From the NCBI GenBank assembly GCA_900554175.1, contig USGK01000001.1, positions 47,309 to 111,308 on the forward strand: a stretch of DNA of 64,000 nucleotides, read 5' to 3'. Source of the DNA: an uncultured Clostridium sp. Lineage in GTDB: Bacteria > Bacillota > Clostridia > TANB77 > CAG-508. The translations under genes and the position numbers were made by a program. Position 1 is the first letter of the stretch; each line of letters begins with the position of its first letter. Below the pieces are notes generated by a model. The model had not been told where the DNA came from. It did no database searches and saw only the letters and a list, made by a program, of their open reading frames with translations. Positions 37,665 to 47,420 of the stretch are shown here, piece by piece.

Positions 37665-38641
37665 TCATTTGCTAATGGATTACGTTCAACAGCGTTTCTA
37701 ACTTGTTCATTACTTACATGTGTATAAATTTCAGTTGTAGAAATACTTTCATGCCCTAAAAGTTCTTGCAATGCTCTTATATCAACATTTCCATATTGAT
37801 ACATTAAAGTAGCAGCGGTATGTCTTAACTTATGAACAGAGTACTTATTAGTGTCAAGACCTGCTTGACGTAATTCTTTATATATTATATCCTGTACATT
37901 TCTTTTAGAAATTCTTTGTCTTCGTTCACTTAAAAATAAAGCATTCTGAGAATTTTTAGAATCTTTTTTTACACCTTCTTTTGGACGAACAATTAAATAA
38001 CTATTAATAGCTCTAATGCAAGCTTTATTTAAATAAATAGTACGTTCTTTATTACCTTTACCAATTACATTTAACTGACATTCTGAAAAGTTTATATCTT
38101 TTATATTTATACCAACAAGTTCAGAAAGACGCATACCACAATTTAAAAAAAGAGTTGTGATTGCATAATTTCGCTCGTTATTTCTATTATCTTCATTTGA
38201 GGCGACATCTAAAAGTTTTCTACTTTCATCAAGGGTTAAATACTTAGGCAAACGTCTATCTAATTTTGGTGTTTCTAAATTTTGAGTAGGGTTTATTTCT
38301 AAAAGATTTTTTAAACAAAGATAATTAAAAAATACTCTTAAGCTAGAAACTTTTCTAGAACGTGTTGCAGCTTTACTATGAAAATTTGTAGTAAGGTACG
38401 CTAAAAAAGCATGCAAGTCATCTAGTTTAATTTTTGATATCGTATTTAAATCAATATCTGAATATTCAATTTTTTTCAAATCAGTTTCTTTTGTCAACTT
38501 AAATCTTATTTTTATAAATTTAAAAAAAATTGCTAAGTCATAATTATATTCTTTTACAGTATTAGGCGATTTATTTTGAATAGTAATCATATAATCCAAA
38601 AAGTCATTTAAATAGTTAGGATTTTTTTCTCTTTCAATCAT
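37661..38641 (-). CDS. Xer-like tyrosine recombinase/integrase
   Basis: Start moved to the ATG at 38641 (GGAGGAA SD). SAM-like N-domain. Catalytic set GMRLSEL (R), HKLRHTAAT (HxxR), LLGHESISTTEIYTHV (H, Y). Confidence 0.88.
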   Translation of the reverse strand: MIEREKNPNYLNDFLDYMITIQNKSPNTVKEYNYDLAIFFKFIKIRFKLTKETDLKKIEYSDIDLNTISKIKLDDLHAFLAYLTTNFHSKAATRSRKVSSLRVFFNYLCLKNLLEINPTQNLETPKLDRRLPKYLTLDESRKLLDVASNEDNRNNERNYAITTLFLNCGMRLSELVGINIKDINFSECQLNVIGKGNKERTIYLNKACIRAINSYLIVRPKEGVKKDSKNSQNALFLSERRQRISKRNVQDIIYKELRQAGLDTNKYSVHKLRHTAATLMYQYGNVDIRALQELLGHESISTTEIYTHVSNEQVRNAVERNPLANE

Positions 38642-38821
38642 AATAATTCCTCCGATTTTGTATAAAATAATTATATTCATTAAAAAAATAAAAGTCAAGA
38701 TATTATAAAAAGTAACAAAATATAAAAAAATAAGTTTTAAATGAGGAGGATTTTTCTTTATTTTGGAGAAAAATCATTAATAGAGAAAAAAATAAAATAA
38801 GGAAGAAAGGATAATGTACAA

Positions 38822-39958
38822 ATGTTAAAAAAGGTTGGAATTTTAATAAATGGTGGAGATGCTCCAGGACTAAATGCAGTTATAAGAGCAATAACAAGAA
38901 CTGCAGAAAGAAATAATATAGAATGTTATGGATTTATAGATGGTTTTAACGGATTATTAAAAAATAATTATATAAGATTAGATAAATCAAGTGCAGCATC
39001 AGGAATTTTACACAAAGGAGGAGCGATAATTGGTTCGTCATTAAATTCTAATGTGTTTAATTATAAGGTAATTGAAGATGGAAAAGTACAATACAAAGAC
39101 CTTTCAGAAGTTTGTGTTCAAAATCTAAAAAAAGATGAAATAGATTGTTTATTTACATTAGGAGGAGACAGCACACAAAAATCTGCAAGAGATTTTTCAC
39201 TAAGGGGAATAAATGTAATAGGTGTTCCAAAAACAATAGATAACGATGTTGCATGTACAGATGTAACATTCGGGTATAATACTGCAGTTTCAGTGGCAAC
39301 AGAAGCTCTAGATAGACTTCATACAACAGCTGAAACACACAATAGAATAATGGTTTTAGAAGTAATGGGAAGATATGCAGGATGGATTGCGTTAGAGTCA
39401 GCAATTGCAGGAGGTGCCGATGTAGCTTTACTTCCAGAAATTCCATATGACATAGAAAAAGTAGTAGAAAAAATAAAACAAAGACAAGCAATTGGAAAAA
39501 ATTTTAGTGTAGTAGTTGTTTCAGAAGGAGCTTTTCCAAAAGGTGGAACAATATCTGTAAAAAATACAAGACAAGGTGGAGAAGGTGTAATTAATATTCA
39601 GCTTGGAGGAGCAGGAGAACAAGTAGCTAAATTACTAGAAGAAAGAACAGGATTAATTTCAAGAAATACAACACTTGGCTATATGCAAAGAGGTGGAACT
39701 CCAACAGCTACAGATAGAGTCTTATCAACAGAATATGGAGCAAAAGCAATGGAACTAGCATTAGAAGGAAAATTTAATGTTTTAACAGTATTAAAAAATG
39801 GAAAATTAGATTATGTTTCATTAGAAGATGTTGTTGGAAACAATAAAAAAATAGGAGCAGTAGAAGGTGGTACTGAAGACAGCAATATGAAAATTGTTAA
39901 ATTAGATGATGATTTAGTAAAAACAGCAAGAGATATTGGAATATGTTTAGGGGATTAG
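38822..39958 (+). CDS. pfkA: 6-phosphofructokinase
   Basis: GGDAPGLNAVIRA, LGGDST, PKTIDNDV, MGRYAGWIAL, GYMQRGG. I cannot decide phosphoryl-donor specificity by eye. Confidence 0.9.
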   Translation: MLKKVGILINGGDAPGLNAVIRAITRTAERNNIECYGFIDGFNGLLKNNYIRLDKSSAASGILHKGGAIIGSSLNSNVFNYKVIEDGKVQYKDLSEVCVQNLKKDEIDCLFTLGGDSTQKSARDFSLRGINVIGVPKTIDNDVACTDVTFGYNTAVSVATEALDRLHTTAETHNRIMVLEVMGRYAGWIALESAIAGGADVALLPEIPYDIEKVVEKIKQRQAIGKNFSVVVVSEGAFPKGGTISVKNTRQGGEGVINIQLGGAGEQVAKLLEERTGLISRNTTLGYMQRGGTPTATDRVLSTEYGAKAMELALEGKFNVLTVLKNGKLDYVSLEDVVGNNKKIGAVEGGTEDSNMKIVKLDDDLVKTARDIGICLGD

Positions 39959-39983
39959 AAGAGTAAATAAGGAGAAAAAGTAT

Positions 39984-40643
39984 ATGCAAAAGCAAAAAAT
40001 CTCAAAATTAGTTTTTTTAATACTTGCTATAGTTTTAATATTAGCATTAATATTATTAATTGTCGGTGAAAAAAAAGATAGAACCAAAAATTTTTACAAT
40101 AAAATTATTAAAGCTAATGAATATACTTTTTTAATAGAAGGAGCCAATTCAAACAATAAAAATCAATGTATAATTTCAAAATCAGAAGAAAAAAGAAGCC
40201 TAGATGTAATATCAGATTCAGAACATACGCAAACAATAGTAATTGACGGATATGCTTATTTTATTATGCATAATGCTCAAGAATATTACGTATTAGAAAA
40301 TTCTACTGAGACAGGAGAAGAAAAAAATATCGAAGCTGATATTTTAGAAAGTAATTTAAAAGAAATTAGTGAAAAGAAATATAAAACAGGTAAAGAAAAA
40401 GTATATGGAAAAACATATTATTTTGAAGAATTTGAAGATGTAAATTCTTTTTTAATGGTAAACAATGCATTAGATGAAGAGTCGAAATATAGTACAAAAA
40501 TTTATTATGAAGGAAATAATATAAAATATATAAAAACAACAATAAGTGGTGACGAAGAATTTGAGGAATTATTAAAAATAGAATGTAATTATTCTGCAGA
40601 TCAGAAAAATTTTGAAGTACCATCAACTTATGCAGAAAGATAA
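39984..40643 (+). CDS. Membrane-anchored hypothetical protein (219 aa)
   Basis: SD AAGGAG. One N-terminal TM helix. No family recognised. Confidence 0.6.
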   Translation: MQKQKISKLVFLILAIVLILALILLIVGEKKDRTKNFYNKIIKANEYTFLIEGANSNNKNQCIISKSEEKRSLDVISDSEHTQTIVIDGYAYFIMHNAQEYYVLENSTETGEEKNIEADILESNLKEISEKKYKTGKEKVYGKTYYFEEFEDVNSFLMVNNALDEESKYSTKIYYEGNNIKYIKTTISGDEEFEELLKIECNYSADQKNFEVPSTYAER

Positions 40644-40834
40644 TAGAGGCTTTTGTCTATAGCTATTGTTTATAGTTGTAGATGAAAGCTTTTTTCATAT
40701 ATATTTAATTTAAAACGATATTTTGTGAAAATTTGTGGTATAATATAAAAAATAAAGAGAATAAAAATTAAGAACAATTATAACTTTTATAATATAAATT
40801 AAATTTATTCTCTAGGAAAGGAATGTGTTTAAAA

Positions 40835-41041
40835 ATGGGAGAAATAAATTTAAAAGTACAAGGAATAATGTGTGGAGGATGTGAAAATAGAATTAAGAAT
40901 GCATTAAAAGCAATAGAAGGAGTAAAAGAAGTAGAAGCGGATCATACTACAGGAACTGTAAATATAAAAACAAAAGGTAAAATTAATATTGAAGAAATAA
41001 AAGAAAAAATTAATAATTTAGATTTTAAAGTAATTGAATAA
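40835..41041 (+). CDS. copZ: Copper chaperone CopZ (HMA domain)
   Basis: 68 aa. GIMCGGCENRIKNAL matches the MxCxxC heavy-metal-binding motif. Confidence 0.85.
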   Translation: MGEINLKVQGIMCGGCENRIKNALKAIEGVKEVEADHTTGTVNIKTKGKINIEEIKEKINNLDFKVIE

Positions 41042-41058
41042 ATAGGAAATAAGAAAAT

Positions 41059-43224
41059 ATGAAAAAAATTGTATTAAATATAGAGGGCATGACATGTAGT
41101 GCATGCTCTAATGGTTTAGAAAAATATTTAAATAAGCAAAAAGGTGTGAAAGAGGCATCTGTGAATTTAGTATTAGCAACATTGATGATAGAATACGATG
41201 ATAATGTCTTAAGTAAAAAAGATTTAGAAAAATTTGTATTAGAAGCTGGATTTAAGAGTACCGGAGAAAATAATAACAAAAATTCTAAAAACATAGAACT
41301 TATCAAACTAATAATTTTTGCAATATTATCTATTATCTTAATGTATATATCTATGGGACATATGCTAAAATTGCCTATACCAAGTTTTGTTAATATGGAA
41401 ATAAATCCATTAGGTTATGGAGCAATATTAATGATTTTAAGCATTCCATTTTTATTTTATGGATTTGATATTTTAAAAAATGGAATTAAAAATATAATTC
41501 ATAAAATGCCAAATATGGATTCTTTAGTAGGAATTGGAATATTGGTAAATTTTTTATATAGTATGTGGAATTTAATTTTAGTATATGAAGGAGATATATC
41601 AAAGGTACACAATTTATACTTTGAAGCATCAAGTATGATAATTTTATTTGTAAAACTTGGAAGATTTATAGATAAAAGAAATAAGTCAAAAACAGTAGAC
41701 ACTATAAAAAATTTAGTTACTATAACACCAAAAGGAGGGACAATATTAGTTGATGGAAAAGAGAAAAGTGTTACAATAAATGAAATACAAAAAGGTGATA
41801 TTGTTGTTTGCAAACCGGGTGAAAAAATTGCAGTTGATGGTATAATTATAAAAGGAAAGACACATACAAATGAATCATTTATAACAGGAGAAAGTAAACC
41901 TGTTGTAAAAAAAGCTGGAAGCACAGTAATCGCAGGAAGTATAAATTATGATGGATATATAGAATATAAGGCTGAAAAAATAGGAAAAGATTCAAGCATA
42001 TCTAATATAGTAAACCTAGTTGTAGAAGCAACAAATACAAAGGCACCAATTGCAAGAATAGCAGATGTAATAAGTGGATATTTTGTTCCTGCAATATTTG
42101 TTATTTCTATAATTTCATTTGTATTAAATTTGATAATAATAAAAGACATCACAGAAGCGGTTATAAGCCTAGTAAGTGTATTAGTTGTTGCTTGCCCATG
42201 CGCACTTGGACTTGCTACACCTTTAGCAATGGTTATTTCGATCGGAAGATACAGTAAAAAAGGTATATTAATAAAATCAAGTGAAAGTATTGAAGCTCTT
42301 AATAAGATAGATACTATCGTTTTTGACAAAACAGGAACATTGACAACAGGAAAATTAACTATTATTGATAGTAAAATAGAAAAAGAAAATATGTTCGCAC
42401 TTAAAAGCTTGGAGAAAAATTCTAATCATCCTATTGCTAAAAGTATTGTAGGACAAGAAAAAGGTGATTTATATCCGGTAACGAACTTCACCGATGTACC
42501 TGGATTAGGTATAAAAGGTATAATAAATCAAAAAGAATACTATGCTGGTAATAGAAAGTTCGTAAATGAAATAAATCCTGTTTTAAACGAAAATGGAGAA
42601 TATTTAAAAATAGAAAAAGAATTTTTAAATAAAGGAGAAACTATCGTATATTTGTTCGATAAAGATAATATTTTGGGAATAGTGGGACTTTCGGATAAAA
42701 TTAAACCTGAAATAAAAGGTGTTATTACTAAATTACAAGAGATTGGGAAAAAAATTGTAATGCTTACAGGAGATAATAAAGAATCTGCAAAAATTATTGG
42801 AGAAGAATTAGGAATTAAAGAAATAATTAGTAATGTTACACCAGAAGAAAAATTGAATAAAATAAAAGAACTAAATACAAATAAAAACTGTATGATGGTT
42901 GGAGATGGAGTCAATGATAGTCCTGCACTTAAAACCGCAACTATAGGTGTAAGTGTACATGGTGGGACAGATATAAGTCAAGATTCAGCAGATATTATTT
43001 TATTAAATGATAATATGTATATTTTAAAAGAAATGTTTGAAATTAGTAATAAAACAATTAAAATAATTAAAGAGAACTTATTTTGGGCATTGTTTTATAA
43101 TATATGTATGATCCCACTAGCAACAGGGCTGTTTGCTATTCATATAAATCCAATGCTTGCAAGTTTAGCAATGACTTTAAGTAGTTTTACAGTTGTAGTT
43201 AATAGTTTAAGATTATTAAAATAA
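41059..43224 (+). CDS. copA: Copper-translocating P1B-type ATPase
   Basis: N-terminal HMA (GMTCSACS), TGES, CPC (VVACPCALGLATP), DKTGTLT, MLTGDN, MVGDGVNDSPAL. Confidence 0.93.
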   Translation: MKKIVLNIEGMTCSACSNGLEKYLNKQKGVKEASVNLVLATLMIEYDDNVLSKKDLEKFVLEAGFKSTGENNNKNSKNIELIKLIIFAILSIILMYISMGHMLKLPIPSFVNMEINPLGYGAILMILSIPFLFYGFDILKNGIKNIIHKMPNMDSLVGIGILVNFLYSMWNLILVYEGDISKVHNLYFEASSMIILFVKLGRFIDKRNKSKTVDTIKNLVTITPKGGTILVDGKEKSVTINEIQKGDIVVCKPGEKIAVDGIIIKGKTHTNESFITGESKPVVKKAGSTVIAGSINYDGYIEYKAEKIGKDSSISNIVNLVVEATNTKAPIARIADVISGYFVPAIFVISIISFVLNLIIIKDITEAVISLVSVLVVACPCALGLATPLAMVISIGRYSKKGILIKSSESIEALNKIDTIVFDKTGTLTTGKLTIIDSKIEKENMFALKSLEKNSNHPIAKSIVGQEKGDLYPVTNFTDVPGLGIKGIINQKEYYAGNRKFVNEINPVLNENGEYLKIEKEFLNKGETIVYLFDKDNILGIVGLSDKIKPEIKGVITKLQEIGKKIVMLTGDNKESAKIIGEELGIKEIISNVTPEEKLNKIKELNTNKNCMMVGDGVNDSPALKTATIGVSVHGGTDISQDSADIILLNDNMYILKEMFEISNKTIKIIKENLFWALFYNICMIPLATGLFAIHINPMLASLAMTLSSFTVVVNSLRLLK

Positions 43225-43240
43225 GGAAGGAATTAAGTAG

Positions 43241-44351
43241 ATGATTGATTTAAATGAAAATAATAAAAAACTTGATAATTTAGTAAAGAGATTAAAAGAA
43301 ATGGGAGATTCTCTTTGACATAGCAAGCCTAACTATAGAATTAAAGAATCTAGAAGCAAAAACTATGGAACAAAGTTTTTGGGATGATGCTAAAAGTTCG
43401 AATGTTGTTTTAAAGAAAATTACTCAGATAAAAAATAAAATAGAAAATTTTAATAAAATTAAACAAGAAATAGATGATATTATAGAGTTTAATAATTTTC
43501 TAAATGAAGAACAAGAGTACTCTGATGAAGAAGCGGAAGAAGTTTTAAAAAATACATCTATTGTTGAAAAGAAAATTGAGAGGTTAGAAATAGACACCCT
43601 TTTGTCGGGAAAATATGACAAAAATAATGCTATATTAACAATTCATCCAGGAGCAGGAGGAACAGAAGCACAAGATTGGGCTGAAATGCTTTATAGAATG
43701 TATACAAGATGGTCTCAAAAACAAGGTTATACAGTAAAAGAATTAGACTATTTAGAGGGAGATGAAGCAGGTATAAAAAGTGTCACATTTGAGGTTATTG
43801 GCGAAAATGCCTATGGATATTTAAAATGTGAGATGGGCGTACATAGATTAGTAAGGATCTCTCCTTTTGATGCTGGGGGAAGGAGACATACTTCATTTGC
43901 TTCACTAGAAGTTCTTCCAGAAATAACTGACGATGTAGAGCTTTATATTAATCCAGACGATATTAAAATGGATGTATATAGAGCATCTGGTGCAGGAGGT
44001 CAGCATATTAATAAAACGTCATCTGCAGTGAGATTAACACACATTCCAACAGGAATTGTTGTTGCATGTCAAACAGAGCGTTCTCAATTACAAAATAGAG
44101 AGAATGCAATGAGAATGCTTAAATCAAAGTTATTAGATCTAAAAGAAAGAGAACATAAAGAAACTATTGATGAATTAAAAGGAATACAACGTGATATTGC
44201 ATGGGGAAGTCAAATAAGATCATATGTTTTTTGTCCATATACATTAGTAAAAGATCATAGAACTAATTATGAGGTTGGTAATGTTCAAAATGTAATGGAT
44301 GGAGATTTAGATGGATTTATTGAAAGTTACCTAAAAATGAAAAAAGAATAA
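43241..44351 (+). CDS. prfB: Peptide chain release factor 2, requires the programmed +1 frameshift: join(43241..43315,43317..44351)
   Basis: Frame 0 reads MIDLNENNKKLDNLVKRLKEMGDSL then TGA. The site is CTT TGA C at 43313-43319, with an SD-like GGGAG 6 nt upstream. The +1 frame carries SPF (RISPFDAGGRRHTSF) and GGQ (SGAGGQHINK). Confidence 0.93.
43303..43319 (+). promoter_or_regulatory. prfB autoregulatory +1 frameshift site
   Basis: GGGAGATTCT CTT TGA C. Confidence 0.9.
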
Positions 44352-44564
44352 TTTTTTAAAACTACTACATTAAGTAACCTACATTTTAAATACTTCATAA
44401 AATATATTAAACCAATTAAAATTCTTTAAGATAAAACTTTTATAATAATTGGTTTAAAACTTAATATAAGGAGGTGCCATAGTTTAAAAATAATTATAAT
44501 ATGTGACTTTATTAAACTGAATTTTTAGACTTAGCATGTGCCTTGGAAAGGAATGTGTTTAAAT

Positions 44565-45749
44565 ATGGACACATTAGTAGTATTAAAATTTGGAGGTAGT
44601 TCAGTTTCAGATAATGATAAATTACTTATTGTAGCTGAAAAAATTAGAGAATTTTATGATAAAGATATAAAAGTAGTTGTTGTAGTATCTGCTCAAGGAA
44701 AAATGACAGATAAGCTTTTAGGAGAAGCAAAATCAATAACAAAAATTCCAAACGAAAGAGAATTAGATGTTCTATTAAGTTCAGGAGAACAAATGTCTAT
44801 TTCTAAACTTGCTATTTGTTTAAATAATTTGAAGATTCCAGCTATATCCCTTACTGGTTGGCAAGCAGGCATTTTTACCAATAAAGTAAATCAAAATGCT
44901 ATTATTTTAGATATAGATATTTCAAGAATACAAAATGAATTAAATCAAAATAAAGTAGTTATTGTTGCAGGTTTTCAAGGAATAAATGAATTAGAAGATA
45001 TTACGACATTAGGTAGAGGAGGATCAGATACAACAGCTGTTGCTCTAGCTGCTAAGCTTAATGCAGATAAATGCTATATATATTCTGATGTTGATGGAAT
45101 TTATATGGCTGATCCAAATAAAATAAAAGATGCTAAAAAGTTAAATAATATTTCATATGATGAAATGATTGATATGGCAAACGAAGGGGCAAAAGTTTTA
45201 CAGGCTAGATGTGTTGAAATTGGAAAAAAGTATAGTGTACCAATTGTTGCTAAATCAACATTCTTAGATAATGAAGGAACAAATATTAATTCTAATTTAG
45301 AAGAAATATCTATTAAAAGTATTGTAAAAAACGACAAATTAAAGCTCGTAAAATTAATTGACTGGAAAAATACTGATAAGATTTTTAATTATTTATATAA
45401 AGATTTTGTAGATAATAGCATAAATGTTAAAGACATGATTAATACAAGTAAAGATAATTTTGAAGTTTCATTTACAATTATCGAAGAAGATATTGATAAA
45501 TTAGAAAATTTACTTAGTAGAAAATATTTTAATATTAAAAGTTCATATAGAGATATTTCTAAAGTTTCGATAATTGGAAGCGGAATATTAAAAGATAATA
45601 ATATCTTGAAAAAAACAATTCTTTTTGTCGAAAAAAATATGCTAGAAATTTTAAAAATTGAAACTAGCGAATTCAAAATTTCGATTCTTTTCAAAGATAA
45701 GATTTTAGACGAAACTTTGGATAAATTATATAAATTTCTCTTAAAATAG
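44565..45749 (+). CDS. Aspartate kinase
   Basis: Start at the ATG at 44565. VVLKFGGSSV, VVVVSAQG, LGRGGSDTTA, C-terminal ACT-like region. Confidence 0.9.
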   Translation: MDTLVVLKFGGSSVSDNDKLLIVAEKIREFYDKDIKVVVVVSAQGKMTDKLLGEAKSITKIPNERELDVLLSSGEQMSISKLAICLNNLKIPAISLTGWQAGIFTNKVNQNAIILDIDISRIQNELNQNKVVIVAGFQGINELEDITTLGRGGSDTTAVALAAKLNADKCYIYSDVDGIYMADPNKIKDAKKLNNISYDEMIDMANEGAKVLQARCVEIGKKYSVPIVAKSTFLDNEGTNINSNLEEISIKSIVKNDKLKLVKLIDWKNTDKIFNYLYKDFVDNSINVKDMINTSKDNFEVSFTIIEEDIDKLENLLSRKYFNIKSSYRDISKVSIIGSGILKDNNILKKTILFVEKNMLEILKIETSEFKISILFKDKILDETLDKLYKFLLK

Positions 45750-45880
45750 AATATGAATAGATGGAATTACTTAGTAAGTGATTTCGTCTATTTTTTCTTT
45801 TATTATTGAAAAATACAGTTTAAAGTTCTATTTTATGAAAAAGCGAATAAAATATAATAAAACAAAAGGGAGGAATGACA

Positions 45881-46183
45881 ATGGTAGTAGAAGAAAGAAG
45901 ACCTATTGCTTCAAATAGTGGTGTAATACAAAATATAGTTTTAGAAAATAGAAATAAGCTTAGTGTATCAGGAGTAAAAGATGTTTTAAGTTTTGATGAC
46001 CAAGTAGTTATAATGGAAACGGAATTAGGGCTTTTAACAGTAAAGGGAGAAAACTTAAAAATTAATAAATTAAGCATAGATACATCTGAGGTAATTGTAG
46101 AAGGTGAAATTTGTAATCTTGGATATAGTGAGCAAAGTAAAATGAAACAAGAGGGAAGCTTACTTAGCAAAATTTTTAAATAA
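45881..46183 (+). CDS. yabP: Sporulation protein YabP
   Basis: LENRNKLSVSGVKDVLSFDDQVVIMETELGLLTVKGENLKINKL. The ATG at 45881 has better SD spacing than the one at 45875. Confidence 0.85.
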   Translation: MVVEERRPIASNSGVIQNIVLENRNKLSVSGVKDVLSFDDQVVIMETELGLLTVKGENLKINKLSIDTSEVIVEGEICNLGYSEQSKMKQEGSLLSKIFK

Positions 46184-46194
46184 GGTGAAAAGTA

Positions 46195-46689
46195 ATGGCT
46201 GAAAATCAAGCATATTTATTTTTAATATTTACTATTGATGGTTTTTTAATAGGGTTAATATTTGATTTTTTTAGAATATTAAGAAAAGAATTTAAAACCA
46301 GTAATATTGTTACATATATAGAAGATATACTATTTTGGATTTTAACGGGATTAATTGTATTAATTTCAATGATTTTATTTAGTAATGGGACAATAAGATT
46401 TTATATGCTAATTGGCATTATCATTGGCTTTATAACATATATTTTAACATTAAGTAAACTTTTAATTAAGATGTCAGTATTTATTATTGATAAAATAAAA
46501 GGTACAATAAAATTTATATTTAGTATAATATTTTATCCAATAAAAATAATATATGAATTTTTGTATAAAATTGTAAAAAAATTATGTAATTTATTATTTA
46601 AGTTTGCAAAAACAACAGAAAAAAATATAAAAAAGGTCGAAAAAAGTGATAAAAAAAGAGGGATTTTTAAAAGAAATGTAGAAAAATAA
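46195..46689 (+). CDS. yabQ: Spore cortex biosynthesis protein YabQ
   Basis: Multi-TM protein directly after yabP. GLIFDFFRILRK is the YabQ signature. Confidence 0.8.
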   Translation: MAENQAYLFLIFTIDGFLIGLIFDFFRILRKEFKTSNIVTYIEDILFWILTGLIVLISMILFSNGTIRFYMLIGIIIGFITYILTLSKLLIKMSVFIIDKIKGTIKFIFSIIFYPIKIIYEFLYKIVKKLCNLLFKFAKTTEKNIKKVEKSDKKRGIFKRNVEK

Positions 46690-46727
46690 ATACATAAGAG
46701 TTTTTTGAAAAGGTGAAGAAGGTACAC

Positions 46728-47003
46728 ATGAGAAATTTAAAGAGTTTATTAAAAAAAATTATAATAATAGTAATTGTAATATACGGTTTTATAACATATA
46801 TAAATCAACAAAAAATATTAAATACATATGCATCTAATGCAGAAACTTTAGATGGTCAAATAACAGAGGCAAAGAGCCGTCAACAAGAATTGAAAGATAT
46901 AAAAGACAATGTAACATCATCAGATTATATAGAAGAAGTAGCAAGAGAAAAATTAGATATGTATTTGCCAAATGAAAGAGTTTATGTTGATAACTCAAAT
47001 TAA
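46728..47003 (+). CDS. divIC: Septum formation initiator (DivIC/FtsB family)
   Basis: One TM helix plus a coiled coil, DYIEEVAREKLDM, conserved position after yabQ. The alternative GTG start at 46713 is possible. Confidence 0.75.
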   Translation: MRNLKSLLKKIIIIVIVIYGFITYINQQKILNTYASNAETLDGQITEAKSRQQELKDIKDNVTSSDYIEEVAREKLDMYLPNERVYVDNSN

Positions 47004-47043
47004 AATTTTGTGTAACTTATTAATAATAAAATAAAAGTAAAAG

Positions 47044-47082
47044 AAATCCTAAAAATTAAAAAAACAAGGATTTTTTTTATTT
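47044..47082 (+). terminator. Terminator after divIC
   Basis: AAATCCT / AGGATTT stem, followed by an 8-T run. Confidence 0.6.
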
Positions 47083-47085
47083 CTC

Positions 47086-47114
47086 TTCACAAAATTAAAA
47101 AAATATGTTATACT
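47086..47114 (+). promoter_or_regulatory. Promoter for rho (extended -10), giving a leader of about 300 nt
   Basis: TTCACA (47086-47091), 17 nt, TG-T-TATACT (47106-47114). Confidence 0.5.
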
Positions 47115-47420
47115 AACAACCGTACGAATAAAAAAATTAAAATTTTCAGAGATATGAAGTTTAATCAAAAAGTATTTTATTGAATTTAGTTTTAAATTGA
47201 TTTATTTAATCAATTTGCTTTCTTATAATAAATCCCACTACCTTTATTTTTATATTAAAAGGAAAAATCTTACTAAAAAAGATTTTACGTAAGATAAATA
47301 TAGCGGATATTATAATACCTATTAAACATAATGTGTCATGAAAAACTAAAAATCTGTTTTATTAAAGAATATAAAGAAAATCAATTATAAATAATTTGTA
47401 AAAAATTAGGAGGAAAAAAG

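Noticed and set aside
38822-39958. Assigning the phosphofructokinase as PPi- versus ATP-dependent
   Set aside because: The diagnostic position in the GGD(G/D)(S/T) block reads GGDST here. That fits neither rule cleanly as I remember them, so I made no call.
41025-42914. Minus-strand ORFs (93-141 aa) antisense to copA
   Set aside because: They are the same kind of antisense artefact, overlapping a P-type ATPase that has all its signature motifs.
44352-44564. Possible lysine (L-box) riboswitch upstream of aspartokinase
   Set aside because: The region is too AT-rich and lacks the conserved L-box helices and the GC-rich core. Only a fortuitous AGGAGGTGCC resembles the 5' end. The 10-bp hairpin AAACCAATTA...TAATTGGTTT (44411-44457) is more simply a prfB terminator-like structure.
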